Numbered from the stretch's first letter, positions 18,732-28,343 are shown. The stretch: 46,955 bases of DNA from Candidatus Uhrbacteria bacterium (GCA_018701105.1 JABIWD010000004.1:1-46955); one strand, 5' to 3'. The notes: generated from the sequence alone by a model not told the origin. Numbers and translations are program-made.

Positions 18732-19055
18732 ATGCGTCTAAGTGAATATCTTCGTGGTATGAACCAAGCTGGCCGAATCCCATACGGCCGACTTGCGAAT
18801 CGTGAAGTCGATGAAGGTCTTCTTCGCGTCACGATCGCGATCCTTCGCAAGATCGTTCGTGAGCAAGGAGAGATGATCAGCCGTTCGCCGAGACTCTGTG
18901 CCGCAGCAATCAGCTGGGCCCAGAAGTGCTACTCGTGTGACTGCGCGTCGAACCTCAGGATCACGCTGCCCACTACGGCAGAAGAGCTGCAGCACACCGG
19001 TGCACAGGACATGCTCCTGGACGTCGCCCTCGACCTGGAGGCGCTCTACAACTAA
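18732..19055 (+). CDS. Hypothetical protein (107 aa, orphan cassette)
   Basis: GGAGG SD before the ATG; followed by a terminator at 19054-19086. Confidence 0.65.
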   Translation: MRLSEYLRGMNQAGRIPYGRLANREVDEGLLRVTIAILRKIVREQGEMISRSPRLCAAAISWAQKCYSCDCASNLRITLPTTAEELQHTGAQDMLLDVALDLEALYN

Positions 19056-19084
19056 AAACACCGCGGGCTCGCGGTGCGTTTTTT

Positions 19085-20539
19085 TTATTTAAGTTGGTCG
19101 ATCATGTGTTCAATCTTCTCAATGTGCATCACGTTCGGTTTGTCTATCAATCGCGTAATAATATCGTCACGACTCAGCCCATGCTCGTCATGCAGCTCGT
19201 TCGCCGCTCTGATAATGAGACCAAAATGTGGTCCCGGTTTAAATCCCATCTTAATCAGCTCCCGACCGCTGATAACGTCCTGCGGCGGCGCCCTGTCGAT
19301 CCCAAGATCTCGCGCGCGATCCAAAAACCACTCAGTCGCATCCGTGTTCTTGCCGACAAACCCTTCTGGGAACGGTCCGCGCCCCTTTGTGTCCGCCTCT
19401 GCGACCCATGTGAGCATCTCAATATTGGACGGCTTCAGTTTTCGTGCCAAGTTTCTAAATCCCCCATCGCTAAACGCTTCGTCCGTGTCTCGTTTCTTCC
19501 AACATGGATACGGATACATGTGAAACTTCACCAAAGGCTTCACTGAATCGACAAATTTATCTAATCCCATCGCACCCAACATAGATTTCACACGCAAACA
19601 ACCAGCTGCCGGATGCCCAGGTGACCTAATGCGGCCCTCGACGGTCTTAGTAGTCTCCGGCTTTCCGCAATCATGACAAAATCCTCCAAGAACGAGCGTA
19701 AGCCGCGCATCATCGTCGAGCTCCTCGCGCTCCGCTATCAATACCGCCTCATCAGTCACCCACATCGTATGAGCCCAGACCGAACCCTCCGGATGCCACT
19801 CAAATTCCTGCTTAGTGTCTACCATATCCTGCACCAACGGCATGTCTTCCGCAAAAACTCCGATGCGGTAAGCAAGGTCGAGCCCGATCGATGGCTTTTG
19901 TGCTTTCAAAAATAGTTTACGCCACTCCGTTCGCTTACGATCGATTGAAAGCTCATGCAATTGAGAGCTCATCGACTTCATCAAAGCCTCGGTAGTCTCG
20001 TCAACGGTGAGCTCGAGCCTCCCCGCCAGCTGAACTCCACGCAAGACGCGCAAGGGATCCTCGCCAAAAGTTTGCTTGTCTACGATCCTAAGTAACCTCT
20101 TGTCGAGATCGACACGTCCACCGTAAGGATCATGGACTGTCCCATCGAGCATATCCTCCAACATCGCATTGATCGTAAAGTCCCGACGCCTCAAAGCATC
20201 CTCAATGCTCATATTCGGATCAACGTTCACATCAAACCCCTTATGCCCCGCCCCAATCTTAGAATCCTTCCGCGGTAACGAGATATCTACATCCATGTCT
20301 TCCACATGTGTATGCAGAACACCAAATGCGGTCCCCATTTCCTTCACTTCCTTAAAATGGGATTCAACAATAACCTTAAGGGCCTTCGCTTCCACGCCAT
20401 GTACCTCAATATCAATATCTTTTGCTTCGATCTCAAGAATCCGATCCCGAACAGTCCCGCCAACAAAATAAGCGCGACCTTTATTAAGCCACACAGTCTC
20501 AGCGAATGCTTTGAGTTGTGATTCGATAGCAGTGTTCAT
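19085..20539 (-). CDS. cca: CCA tRNA nucleotidyltransferase with HD domain
   Basis: 'VGGTVRD..L', 'DIDIE', 'RRDFTINA', 'EDPLRVLR', 'HPEG.VW.H' and 'HDCGK' motifs. Confidence 0.88.
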   Translation of the reverse strand: MNTAIESQLKAFAETVWLNKGRAYFVGGTVRDRILEIEAKDIDIEVHGVEAKALKVIVESHFKEVKEMGTAFGVLHTHVEDMDVDISLPRKDSKIGAGHKGFDVNVDPNMSIEDALRRRDFTINAMLEDMLDGTVHDPYGGRVDLDKRLLRIVDKQTFGEDPLRVLRGVQLAGRLELTVDETTEALMKSMSSQLHELSIDRKRTEWRKLFLKAQKPSIGLDLAYRIGVFAEDMPLVQDMVDTKQEFEWHPEGSVWAHTMWVTDEAVLIAEREELDDDARLTLVLGGFCHDCGKPETTKTVEGRIRSPGHPAAGCLRVKSMLGAMGLDKFVDSVKPLVKFHMYPYPCWKKRDTDEAFSDGGFRNLARKLKPSNIEMLTWVAEADTKGRGPFPEGFVGKNTDATEWFLDRARDLGIDRAPPQDVISGRELIKMGFKPGPHFGLIIRAANELHDEHGLSRDDIITRLIDKPNVMHIEKIEHMIDQLK

Positions 20540-20664
20540 GTCAGTATTGTAGCAAAGTTTACACCGTGTGTACGATTGACACCTACGTAATAAAGTGTTA
20601 CGTTGCAAATCAACGATAGGTTACTCCACAGGACTCATTCTTGTGTAGGAAAGTAGGGGAAGAC

Positions 20665-21198
20665 ATGGACATCAGCAGATTCTTGGACGAATACGGCGAC
20701 GAGCTGATCGAGCTGGACGAGCTGTCGGAGCCAACTGACGGATACAGCAACTCCGAGACGCTCTTCTACACGGACACCTTCCAGCCACTCAACATGGTGG
20801 CGGATGCGATCGGGCAGCACGTGGTTGAAATGCACGACTTCGGGATCAGAGGGATCAAGTGGCTCGGCGCGGTCGTCCACGGCAAGATGTACGAGGAGTC
20901 GCGTTCTGCGAAGTTCCCGGTGACTCACCTTGGAGAGGTGGTCGGAGGCACATGGGAGCGAATTCGCAAGATCCGTGTCCGTGCGATCGGAGAGCATGTG
21001 CAACTCGGCCAGTTCAAAGCGGTCGCAGAATGCAAGCTTTTCCAGCATCCAGACGAAGGCTACGGCTGGGAGGCCGGCACGGTGAAGTTGACTTGGGTTC
21101 GCGAGGACAACAAGGAGGTGCTTCATCAAGGGGTCTTCCGGTTCACGCACAAGATCGTGGACAAGAAAATCCAGACCACCGTCAGTCTCGAGAAGTAA
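20665..21198 (+). CDS. Hypothetical protein (orphan cassette)
   Basis: AGGGG SD; TTGACA at about 20576; GC3-rich codons; terminator at 21210-21257. Confidence 0.65.
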   Translation: MDISRFLDEYGDELIELDELSEPTDGYSNSETLFYTDTFQPLNMVADAIGQHVVEMHDFGIRGIKWLGAVVHGKMYEESRSAKFPVTHLGEVVGGTWERIRKIRVRAIGEHVQLGQFKAVAECKLFQHPDEGYGWEAGTVKLTWVREDNKEVLHQGVFRFTHKIVDKKIQTTVSLEK

Positions 21199-21332
21199 CG
21201 GACGACTCCGTCCTCACGCAGCGAGCCCTCTGGGTTCCTCGTGAGGACGTTTTTTTTATAAAGCAAAAGCCGCGACCCCGAAGGTCCGCAGCCTGCTCCT
21301 TTCGGATGGCTGTGGCCGGGTCGCGGCGGGGT

Positions 21333-21755
21333 CTAGGCGGGCCAGACGACGTCGAGCTTGTCCTCTTCCCTGAGGAGCGTCTCCATGTCCTCGAGCTCGT
21401 ACAGCGAGACGAGACGGATGTACTCGTCGGTGTCGTACTCGGGCTCCTCGGGGTTCAGCAGGACGATCGCCAGGTAGCTGGTGACCGTCTTGCGGAGATC
21501 GCCACCGATCGTCCACTCGTTGAGGGTGTCGCTCTCGTCCAGAGCTGCGAGGACCGCCACGTCGCCGTGACTGTCCGCCTCGAAGGTGAACGTGCTCAGG
21601 AGTCCGGTGAAGCTCCCGGTCAAACCGGTGAGGTCTCCCCAGACGGAGCTCGCGTTGCCGGAGACGCCAGAGGCGTCTCCGTAGGTGTCGGTGTCGGGGG
21701 CGTTGACGTTCGTCAGGCCCTCAGCTTTGATCAAATCAGGATGGTGTTGAGGCAT
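21333..21755 (-). CDS. Hypothetical acidic protein (orphan cassette)
   Basis: GGAG SD; TTGACA-N17-TAAGAA-like promoter on the minus strand at about 21805-21834; GC3-rich. Confidence 0.65.
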   Translation of the reverse strand: MPQHHPDLIKAEGLTNVNAPDTDTYGDASGVSGNASSVWGDLTGLTGSFTGLLSTFTFEADSHGDVAVLAALDESDTLNEWTIGGDLRKTVTSYLAIVLLNPEEPEYDTDEYIRLVSLYELEDMETLLREEDKLDVVWPA

Positions 21756-21851
21756 CACTCTCCGTTGCTTACATACCGGTCCATCCGGTAGCAATTTGCC
21801 CAGTTCTTATACCAGAAATATGGCAGTTTGTCAAGCCTGCCAACACAATGA

Positions 21852-22112
21852 CTACGACCCTATCTCAAGGTAGTTTTTCATCTGCTTTTTTAAAAATCTC
21901 CAGCCAGAACCACTTTTTAAAAACCTTTCTCTCCCTAGCGCGTCTCGTTTATCAAGGTATGCCTCGAAATATATCAGCCTCCACGGCCCCTTCCTTGAGG
22001 TTGAGTTGTTACCATTTTGATTGTGCTTCTTGAGCCTTGAGTACGGGTCCATCGAATATCCAATATACCAACTACCAGACGACTCACTTTGTATGACATA
22101 AACGTAAAACAT
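21852..22112 (-). CDS. Stand-alone small GIY-YIG nuclease (UPF0213-like)
   Basis: 'FYVYVIQS...WYIGYS..P..RLKKHN...RKGPW.LIYFE...ALGRERFLK'. Confidence 0.92.
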   Translation of the reverse strand: MFYVYVIQSESSGSWYIGYSMDPYSRLKKHNQNGNNSTSRKGPWRLIYFEAYLDKRDALGRERFLKSGSGWRFLKKQMKNYLEIGS

Positions 22113-22165
22113 GTCTACATTTTATCAGACCCCAAAAAACCCATAATCGCAGCGTGTCAAGGGCT

Positions 22166-22310
22166 GTGCCACGTGAACGACTAACGATTGCTAAAATGCC
22201 ACGTAAAATCAACTCTCTGACTGGCGTGCCACGTGAACAGCTGCGTTCACTTGAACTGCCACGTAAAATCAACTCTGGAACTGTTGGTTGATCACGTGGC
22301 TACGTAAAAA
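22166..22310. repeat. Mini-array of TGCCACGT cores at exact 30-bp spacing (alternating A/B repeat types)
   Basis: TGCCACGT at 22167, 22197, 22227 and 22257; A = GTGCCACGTGAAC, B = TGCCACGTAAAATCAACTCT; intervening sequences differ. Confidence 0.85.
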
Positions 22311-22339
22311 CAGCAGACTAGCTGCTGTTTTTACGTGGC
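22299..22339 (-). terminator. Hairpin at the tRNA-Ser 3' end
   Basis: GCTACGTAAAAACAGCAG / CTGCTGTTTTTACGTGGC inverted repeat. Confidence 0.65.
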
Positions 22340-22427
22340 GGAGAGGAAGGGATTCGAACCCCCGGAACCACTTGCGTAGCTCACTTGATTTCGAGTCAAG
22401 CCCATTCGACCACTCTGGCACCTCTCC
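22336..22427 (-). tRNA. tRNA-Ser(CGA)
   Basis: GGAGAGG acceptor, CTTGA-CTCGAAA-TCAAG anticodon arm, long variable arm, ends GCCA. Confidence 0.97.
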
Positions 22428-22599
22428 GTGAGGCGTGAGGAATGTATCACGAACAATCGTTTGCATCAACCCGGGCTCGACTCAAACATGCTTCAAAATA
22501 TGATCCATCCTCAAATTGAAATTTGCCGAATTGCCCAATTGAAATTATGTATTTTACTATTTGGGCCTACTTCCCTTTATTGGTATACTGCCTTCATAT

Positions 22600-23469
22600 A
22601 TGAAGAAATCTAATCGATCCATCACAAAGGCGATCATTCCTGTTGCTGGCATAGGAACTCGCTTCTTACCTGCTACAAAAGCCCAGCCAAAAGAAATGCT
22701 ACCTATTGTCGACAAGCCTGTCATTCAGTACATCGTCGAAGATATGGTGTCGGCTGGTATCAAAGACATCATCTTTGTTACTTCAATGGGAAAACGAGCG
22801 TTAGAAGATCACTTCGATCGCAACTTTGAGCTCGAGTACAGACTCGCGCAGAAAGGAAAGAAACAAGAGCTAAAAGAAATCACAAAAATAGGAAAGCTCG
22901 CGAACTTTGCCTTCGTTCGACAAGACAAACCACTCGGAGACGGGCACGCAATCCTATCGGCGCTACCATTTGTCGATGACGACGAGGATGTGATGATCAT
23001 GTTTGGAGACGACCTTGCAGTCGGACTCGCAAGTGACCTTATTGAGACTTTCGAGAAACACAAAGAGCCTGTACTCGGTGTACTCGAAGTTCCTAAGGAT
23101 CAAACACATCGCTATGGAATTATCGGTGGAGAGAAAATCAGCAAAAAACTGTGGCGTGCGAACTCTTGGATCGAAAAACCAAAGAGTAACCCACCTTCAA
23201 ACCTCGCCTGGCAAGGAAGTGCAATCCTGAGTCACACACTTCTAAAAAGACTCAAGAAAACTAAGCCTGCGAAAGATGGAGAGATTAGACTTGCTGGCAT
23301 GTATGAGGAGTATTTCAATGAAGGAGGAACACTGAATGCTCACATTATCGACAACGTTCGCTTTGACTGTGGAAATAAGCTTGAATACCTCAAGGCAAAC
23401 ATCTACTTTGGCATGCAACGACCGGAGTTCAAGGACGAGATCAAAAAATACATCAAAAAACTGAAGTAA
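22600..23469 (+). CDS. galU: UTP--glucose-1-phosphate uridylyltransferase
   Basis: 'KAIIPVAGIGTRFLPATKAQPKEMLPIVDKP', 'RQDKPLGDGHA' and 'FDCGNK'. Confidence 0.93.
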   Translation: MKKSNRSITKAIIPVAGIGTRFLPATKAQPKEMLPIVDKPVIQYIVEDMVSAGIKDIIFVTSMGKRALEDHFDRNFELEYRLAQKGKKQELKEITKIGKLANFAFVRQDKPLGDGHAILSALPFVDDDEDVMIMFGDDLAVGLASDLIETFEKHKEPVLGVLEVPKDQTHRYGIIGGEKISKKLWRANSWIEKPKSNPPSNLAWQGSAILSHTLLKRLKKTKPAKDGEIRLAGMYEEYFNEGGTLNAHIIDNVRFDCGNKLEYLKANIYFGMQRPEFKDEIKKYIKKLK

Positions 23470-23470
23470 T

Positions 23471-24865
23471 ATGAGACGCTTCAACCTCGCCATCATTACC
23501 CTCATGACAGTAAGCCTTGTTGTCTTACCAGGACTTGGATGTCGTGGTGGGAACAAGGAAGAGCGAGCTGGCCTGCAACCAGTCGAGCTTACCTACTGGC
23601 GCGTGTTCGATGGATCGGACACATTTACAAAAGTAATCGACAGTTACCGCGCGCGTCACCCAAACGTTAGCATCAACTACAGAAAACTCCGGTTCGACGA
23701 GTATCAAGACGAGCTGCTACAGGCGTTCGCTGAAGATCGCGGACCAGACATGTTCTCGGTCCACAACACCTGGATGAAAGGATACTTACCATTGATTGAA
23801 CCGCTTCCAGACTCAGTTCGACTTTCGTACACGGAAATACAAGGAACGCTTAAGAAAGAGAGCGTGGTCGTAGTAAGAAACGAGCCTACGTTGAGCTTGC
23901 GATCGTTAACCGATCAGTTCGTGTCAGTTGTTCCCGAGTATGTTGTATACCCATCAGACTCTGAAGGTGCTGTAACGAACAGAATCCACGGACTTCCACT
24001 ATCCGTAGATACACTCGCACTTTTCTACAATAAAGATATACTCGATGCTGCAGGATTGCCGCAGCCCCCATCAACATGGGAGCAGTTCCAAGAGCAGGTT
24101 GTTGAGCTCACAAAGTACGATGCCAACGGTGACGTCGCTCAATCAGCAGCAGCCTTTGGATACGGGAGCAACGTTGAACGATCATCAGACATCATCTCGC
24201 TACTTATGATGCAGAGTGGTGCGACTATGACAGATTCCCGAGGATCGGCGCGGTTCGCTGAGGTGCCATCAGGTGCATCTCAACAATCTCTTCCCTCTTT
24301 GGAAGCGACTCGATTCTATACAGACTTCGCAAACCCAAGTAAAGAAGTTTACACGTGGGATCCAAGCTTCCCGAATAGCTTTGATGCTTTCGCAGCCGGA
24401 CAGACAGCATTTTTCTTTGGCTACAGCTACCACATGCCTTCAATAAAGGCTCGGTCGCCTAAACTGAACTTTGCAGTATCACCAATGCCGCAGATCTCCA
24501 CAGATCCACGCTCGCAAATCAACTTTGCAAACTTCTGGATAGAAACAGTCTCAAAGAAAACAGAAAACGTAGACTGGGCATGGGACTTTGTACAGTTCGC
24601 AGCAAAAGAAAAGTACGTTTCTGCTTTCCTGGAAGAGGCAGGTCGACCAACTGCACTTCGATCAGTCGTACTCGAGCAACGTGAAGACTTTGACCTCTCA
24701 GTATTCGTAGATCAGGTGCTTTCAGCCCAAGCCTGGTACAATGGAGAAGATGCAACGGCCTCGGAGAATGCAATGGAGAAGATGCTCGACGACATAGTCG
24801 ACGGAACATCTGAAATCGGAGAGGCGCTTGGTATCGCTCAACAACAAGTTAACCAGACGTTATGA
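23471..24865 (+). CDS. Extracellular solute-binding lipoprotein (SBP_bac_1/8, sugar type)
   Basis: Lipobox 'GLGC'; 'GPDMF', 'GLPLSVDTLALFYNKD', 'PSTWEQF' and 'F..GQTA'. Confidence 0.88.
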   Translation: MRRFNLAIITLMTVSLVVLPGLGCRGGNKEERAGLQPVELTYWRVFDGSDTFTKVIDSYRARHPNVSINYRKLRFDEYQDELLQAFAEDRGPDMFSVHNTWMKGYLPLIEPLPDSVRLSYTEIQGTLKKESVVVVRNEPTLSLRSLTDQFVSVVPEYVVYPSDSEGAVTNRIHGLPLSVDTLALFYNKDILDAAGLPQPPSTWEQFQEQVVELTKYDANGDVAQSAAAFGYGSNVERSSDIISLLMMQSGATMTDSRGSARFAEVPSGASQQSLPSLEATRFYTDFANPSKEVYTWDPSFPNSFDAFAAGQTAFFFGYSYHMPSIKARSPKLNFAVSPMPQISTDPRSQINFANFWIETVSKKTENVDWAWDFVQFAAKEKYVSAFLEEAGRPTALRSVVLEQREDFDLSVFVDQVLSAQAWYNGEDATASENAMEKMLDDIVDGTSEIGEALGIAQQQVNQTL

Positions 24866-25404
24866 TCCCATTTATCAAGACAGCGCTCGCTGCAACAAAC
24901 TCAAGTGTTCCAAACACTCCGTTTGGTGGCGGCGCGGCTCCAACGCTAATACCGAAATGTGCGTTAAGAGCAGACGGAGCCGACAACCTTGAGTGTGTCT
25001 TGGAACTGTTCGTGAACATAAGCCAGGTGCTGCTCGGAGTTGTAGGATCAGTGCTGCTCGTCGTGTTCGTTTACGGTGGGTTGATGTACATCTTCTCGCA
25101 AGGTGAACCGGGACGAGTCGCCAAAGCTCAAAAGGCCCTTACAGGCGGAGTGGTTGGTATGCTCATAGTATTCTCGGCGTTCGCAGGAGTATCGTTCGCC
25201 GTTTCAGCCCTTCGGGGAGAACCAGATCTTGTCGCAAGCGAATACGTTACGTGTGGCGTAACGGAAGAAGAGCAAGCGGCGGCAAATACACTACAGTGCG
25301 CTCCTGGCGAATACTTCTGCTCAAACGGAGCATGTTGTCCCAGCGGAAACTGTACCGATCCAAATGCAGATGCTCAAACATCCATTACACCAGAAAACCC
25401 GTAA
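24862..25404 (+). CDS. VirB2/TrbC-like (T4SS_pilin) pilin with Cys-rich C-terminal tail
   Basis: 'VYGGLMYIFSQGEPGRVAKAQKAL..GVVG' pilin motif; six Cys in the tail. Confidence 0.8.
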   Translation: MIPFIKTALAATNSSVPNTPFGGGAAPTLIPKCALRADGADNLECVLELFVNISQVLLGVVGSVLLVVFVYGGLMYIFSQGEPGRVAKAQKALTGGVVGMLIVFSAFAGVSFAVSALRGEPDLVASEYVTCGVTEEEQAAANTLQCAPGEYFCSNGACCPSGNCTDPNADAQTSITPENP

Positions 25405-25405
25405 T

Positions 25406-25771
25406 ATGAACTCACTTACCAAAAGAACGTTACAGGGATTTACAGCCATAATGGTAGCCGTATTCCCAGTCGTTACGTCTGCCGCGACTCTTTACAACCC
25501 GCTTGGCGAGGCAAGCATTCCTCAGCTAATAGGTCGAGTTATCCAGCTAGTACTTGGTATTTCGGGGTCACTCGCTCTACTCATGTTTGTCTACGGTGGA
25601 TTAATATGGTTGACGGCGTCGGGCGAACCTGGGAAAATTGAGAAAGGAAAGAAGACACTGATCTGGGCAACAATAGGAATCGGTGTCCTATTTGGGTCAT
25701 TCGCACTTGCGAACTTTGTTGTCACCGGCCTTGGCGCAGCCGTTGTGCCGCCAGCAGCACCTACTCCTTAA
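25406..25771 (+). CDS. VirB2/TrbC-like pilin
   Basis: 'LYNPLG', 'VYGGLIWLTASGEPGKIEKGKKTLIWATIG'. Confidence 0.85.
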   Translation: MNSLTKRTLQGFTAIMVAVFPVVTSAATLYNPLGEASIPQLIGRVIQLVLGISGSLALLMFVYGGLIWLTASGEPGKIEKGKKTLIWATIGIGVLFGSFALANFVVTGLGAAVVPPAAPTP

Positions 25772-25792
25772 AAATAAATATTTTACAAAACT

Positions 25793-26230
25793 ATGACAAA
25801 CGTATTCAGACATTTGTTGGCGCCTATCGCGATCATCACCATGATCTTCGGTGGAGCACTCGCTCTTGCAGCGCCAGGCTTCGTTAACGAAGCAAGCGCA
25901 GCCGCATCATCAACACTCACAACAGGAGACATTCTCCCAACAACGTTCAGCGGAGAAACAGGGCTCGGTAACCGAGACCTCAAGTCCACAATTGGTGGTA
26001 TCATCCGTTCAGCACTTGGATTCCTTGGAGTCATTGCTGTGGTGATCACCCTATACGGTGGTTTCCTCTGGATGACAGCTGGTGGAAAAGAGGAGCAGGT
26101 AAAGAAAGCGCAGCAAGTGATTGTTGCAGGAGCAATTGGACTCGCGATCATCTTGTCCGCATGGGCAATCACGACGTTCATTGTTACAGAGTTGATTGGT
26201 GCCACAAGCGCACCGGCAACCTCGTTATAA
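25793..26230 (+). CDS. VirB2/TrbC-like pilin
   Basis: 'LYGGFLWMTAGGKEEQVKKAQQVIVAGAIGLAIILSAWAI'. Confidence 0.87.
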   Translation: MTNVFRHLLAPIAIITMIFGGALALAAPGFVNEASAAASSTLTTGDILPTTFSGETGLGNRDLKSTIGGIIRSALGFLGVIAVVITLYGGFLWMTAGGKEEQVKKAQQVIVAGAIGLAIILSAWAITTFIVTELIGATSAPATSL

Positions 26231-26297
26231 TAGTTCCGGCAGCAGGCTTCCCTGCTGCCATGACGTGAGCTGATATCACACGATATCGTCTCGCGCT

Positions 26298-26726
26298 ATG
26301 ACCAGAACTACAAAACAAAAGTTCTTCGCTGGTCTATCCGTTCTGTATATCTTTGCTGCTACACCCGCATTTGCACAAATCAATGCGACCAACACCGGAC
26401 TATCAGCGTCAGGAGGCGCTGCAGGCTTTGGAACAACTCCAGCCGATCTTCCAGTGGTAATTGGTCAAGTCATTGCAGCTCTTGTGGGACTACTGGGAAT
26501 CTTGCTCGCGATCTACTTGATCTACGGCGGGGTGCTCTGGTTAACAGCAGCAGGAGATCCAGATAAGGTGACAAAAGCGAAGCATATAATCAGCAACACG
26601 GTAATTGGTATCTTGATAGTACTAGTATCGTTTGCCGCGACGACGTTCATCATCAACACTCTGGGCCAAGCGTCAAGAGGTGAGCTGATTCAAGCAGACC
26701 AAGCTGCAACAGCAGATCCGAGCTAA
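26298..26726 (+). CDS. VirB2/TrbC-like pilin
   Basis: 'IYGGVLWLTAAGDPDKVTKAKHIISNTVIG'. Confidence 0.87.
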   Translation: MTRTTKQKFFAGLSVLYIFAATPAFAQINATNTGLSASGGAAGFGTTPADLPVVIGQVIAALVGLLGILLAIYLIYGGVLWLTAAGDPDKVTKAKHIISNTVIGILIVLVSFAATTFIINTLGQASRGELIQADQAATADPS

Positions 26727-26758
26727 CCACATAAATTGTTTAAAAGAATATAAATACT

Positions 26759-27181
26759 ATGACACTTGCACAACAACTACGCGCAGGACTCGCAGTCATC
26801 GCTCTCGTTATGATGGGAGGAACTGCATTAATCGCTTCTCCGGCAAGTGCCGTCGGATTCGAAGCTGGCTCACCATCCGGAGCACTCAGTCAAGCAGCTA
26901 GCCAGACAACACTTGGGGCGAGCAGTGAAGACCAAATCTTTATCACGATAGGACAGCTCGTGAACATAGCGCTTGGACTTCTAGGAATCATCTTCTTTGT
27001 CCTCCTGGTCTACGCTGGATTCCTCTGGATGACGGCAGCAGGAGACCCAGACAAAGTAACAAAGGCAAAGACAATGATCACACAGGCGGTAATCGGAATC
27101 GTAATCATTCTCTCGGCATTCGCTATTTCAACCTTCGTTATCAACCAACTGATAGATGCAACATCGACTGTTGCATCGTAG
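26759..27181 (+). CDS. VirB2/TrbC-like pilin
   Basis: 'VYAGFLWMTAAGDPDKVTKAKTMITQAVIG'. Confidence 0.87.
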   Translation: MTLAQQLRAGLAVIALVMMGGTALIASPASAVGFEAGSPSGALSQAASQTTLGASSEDQIFITIGQLVNIALGLLGIIFFVLLVYAGFLWMTAAGDPDKVTKAKTMITQAVIGIVIILSAFAISTFVINQLIDATSTVAS

Positions 27182-27281
27182 AAGAAAAAACTCGGGCTTA
27201 GGCTCGAGTTTTTGTATAAAAGAAAAACACCCCTGCCAGAGAACTGGTGTGGGGCGTTCGTCGTTAGTGTCCTTTCAGGCA

Positions 27282-28343
27282 CTAGATGGGCTGCGTGGGG
27301 TTAGCGAACTGCGAAAGCCACGCCGTAATCGGGTTTTTGGAAGACGGCATCCGAGACCCGTCTTCCGCATCGAAGCGACGTCCGACAAGATCGCTCCCAG
27401 CCATGAGGCCGGTGGACACCTTCACCTTCTGCATGATCAGCCCAGTTCCGGATGAGCCCGTAAACTGCACGAGCGTGACCGTGGAATAGCCGCCGGGCCT
27501 GGGGGTGAAGTAGCACTCGCTACCCTTGGGGACGAGCGGAAGGATGATCTCCTTGCCATCGTCCAGAACCACTCGCTTGTTAGCGCCGGTCTCCATCACC
27601 ACGGAGGGCTTCTGGTTGCCGGCGATGACGAGCACGTGTCCTCGCTTGGCGAAGATCGTCACCACGTCACGCTTCGACTTCTGGCCCGGCGGCAACTTGC
27701 CGCAGGTCAGCCACTTGTCGCTGGTCGGGATACGACCTCCCGTCGACTGGGTCGACGAGGCGGTCGTGCTCGCGAGCACGGCAGTGGGGCGTCGCGTTGC
27801 ACGACGCTCGCGGATCCGACTGGGCACGGTGGCCCCGTCGGTCGCATCGTCGAACGCACGTCCGCCGTCATAGGGGTCGACACGCTCGTGCCGCGTGGGC
27901 TCGAGTGAGCTACTGCCCCCTCGAAGCTCCTCGCGACGCTTGCGGATCTCCTCGCGACGCCGGTCCCGCTCCTTACCTGCCTCCGTCCGGTCCCGCTCCC
28001 GCTTGAGCTGACGCTCGCGCGGGCTCTCCGCAGGCGAAGAGGTGTCGTTCGAGCGGTCCTGACGAACCTCTCGAGACTCACGGGCAGGAGAAGACGTATC
28101 CACTCCGTTCCGTTCGTCACGACGCTGCTGGACTCGGGTCTGCGACCGAATGGTCGAGCGATCACGATCCTGCTGCTGCAGGAGACGCTGCTGCTCGGCC
28201 TCCAGCTGCTTGTTGCTGGTGAACTGGTGCACAACGCCCCAGCACATGAGCAGGATGATGATCGGCAGCGCCAGCCTCTTGAGACAACGGACCGCCATCT
28301 TCTTCACGCCGCTCGACGCCTTCTTCTTGGCATTTGCCATCAC
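27282..28343 (-). CDS. Hypothetical membrane-anchored protein with Arg/Glu-rich disordered linker and C-terminal beta domain
   Basis: N-terminal TM; GGGAG SD; start overlaps the upstream stop; GC3-rich. Confidence 0.7.
   Translation of the reverse strand: MMANAKKKASSGVKKMAVRCLKRLALPIIILLMCWGVVHQFTSNKQLEAEQQRLLQQQDRDRSTIRSQTRVQQRRDERNGVDTSSPARESREVRQDRSNDTSSPAESPRERQLKRERDRTEAGKERDRRREEIRKRREELRGGSSSLEPTRHERVDPYDGGRAFDDATDGATVPSRIRERRATRRPTAVLASTTASSTQSTGGRIPTSDKWLTCGKLPPGQKSKRDVVTIFAKRGHVLVIAGNQKPSVVMETGANKRVVLDDGKEIILPLVPKGSECYFTPRPGGYSTVTLVQFTGSSGTGLIMQKVKVSTGLMAGSDLVGRRFDAEDGSRMPSSKNPITAWLSQFANPTQPI

Noticed and set aside
21852-22112. Intron-encoded homing endonuclease
   Set aside because: It is an 86-aa stand-alone catalytic domain with no interrupted host gene or group I intron structure around it.
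22166-22310. CRISPR array
   Set aside because: Repeats are 13-20 nt and alternate, spacers are 9-18 nt, there are only four units, and no cas genes are in the window.
24862-27181. Conjugative element or ICE
   Set aside because: No relaxase, VirB4, coupling protein or integrase is present; chromosomal pilin arrays are usual in Parcubacteria.
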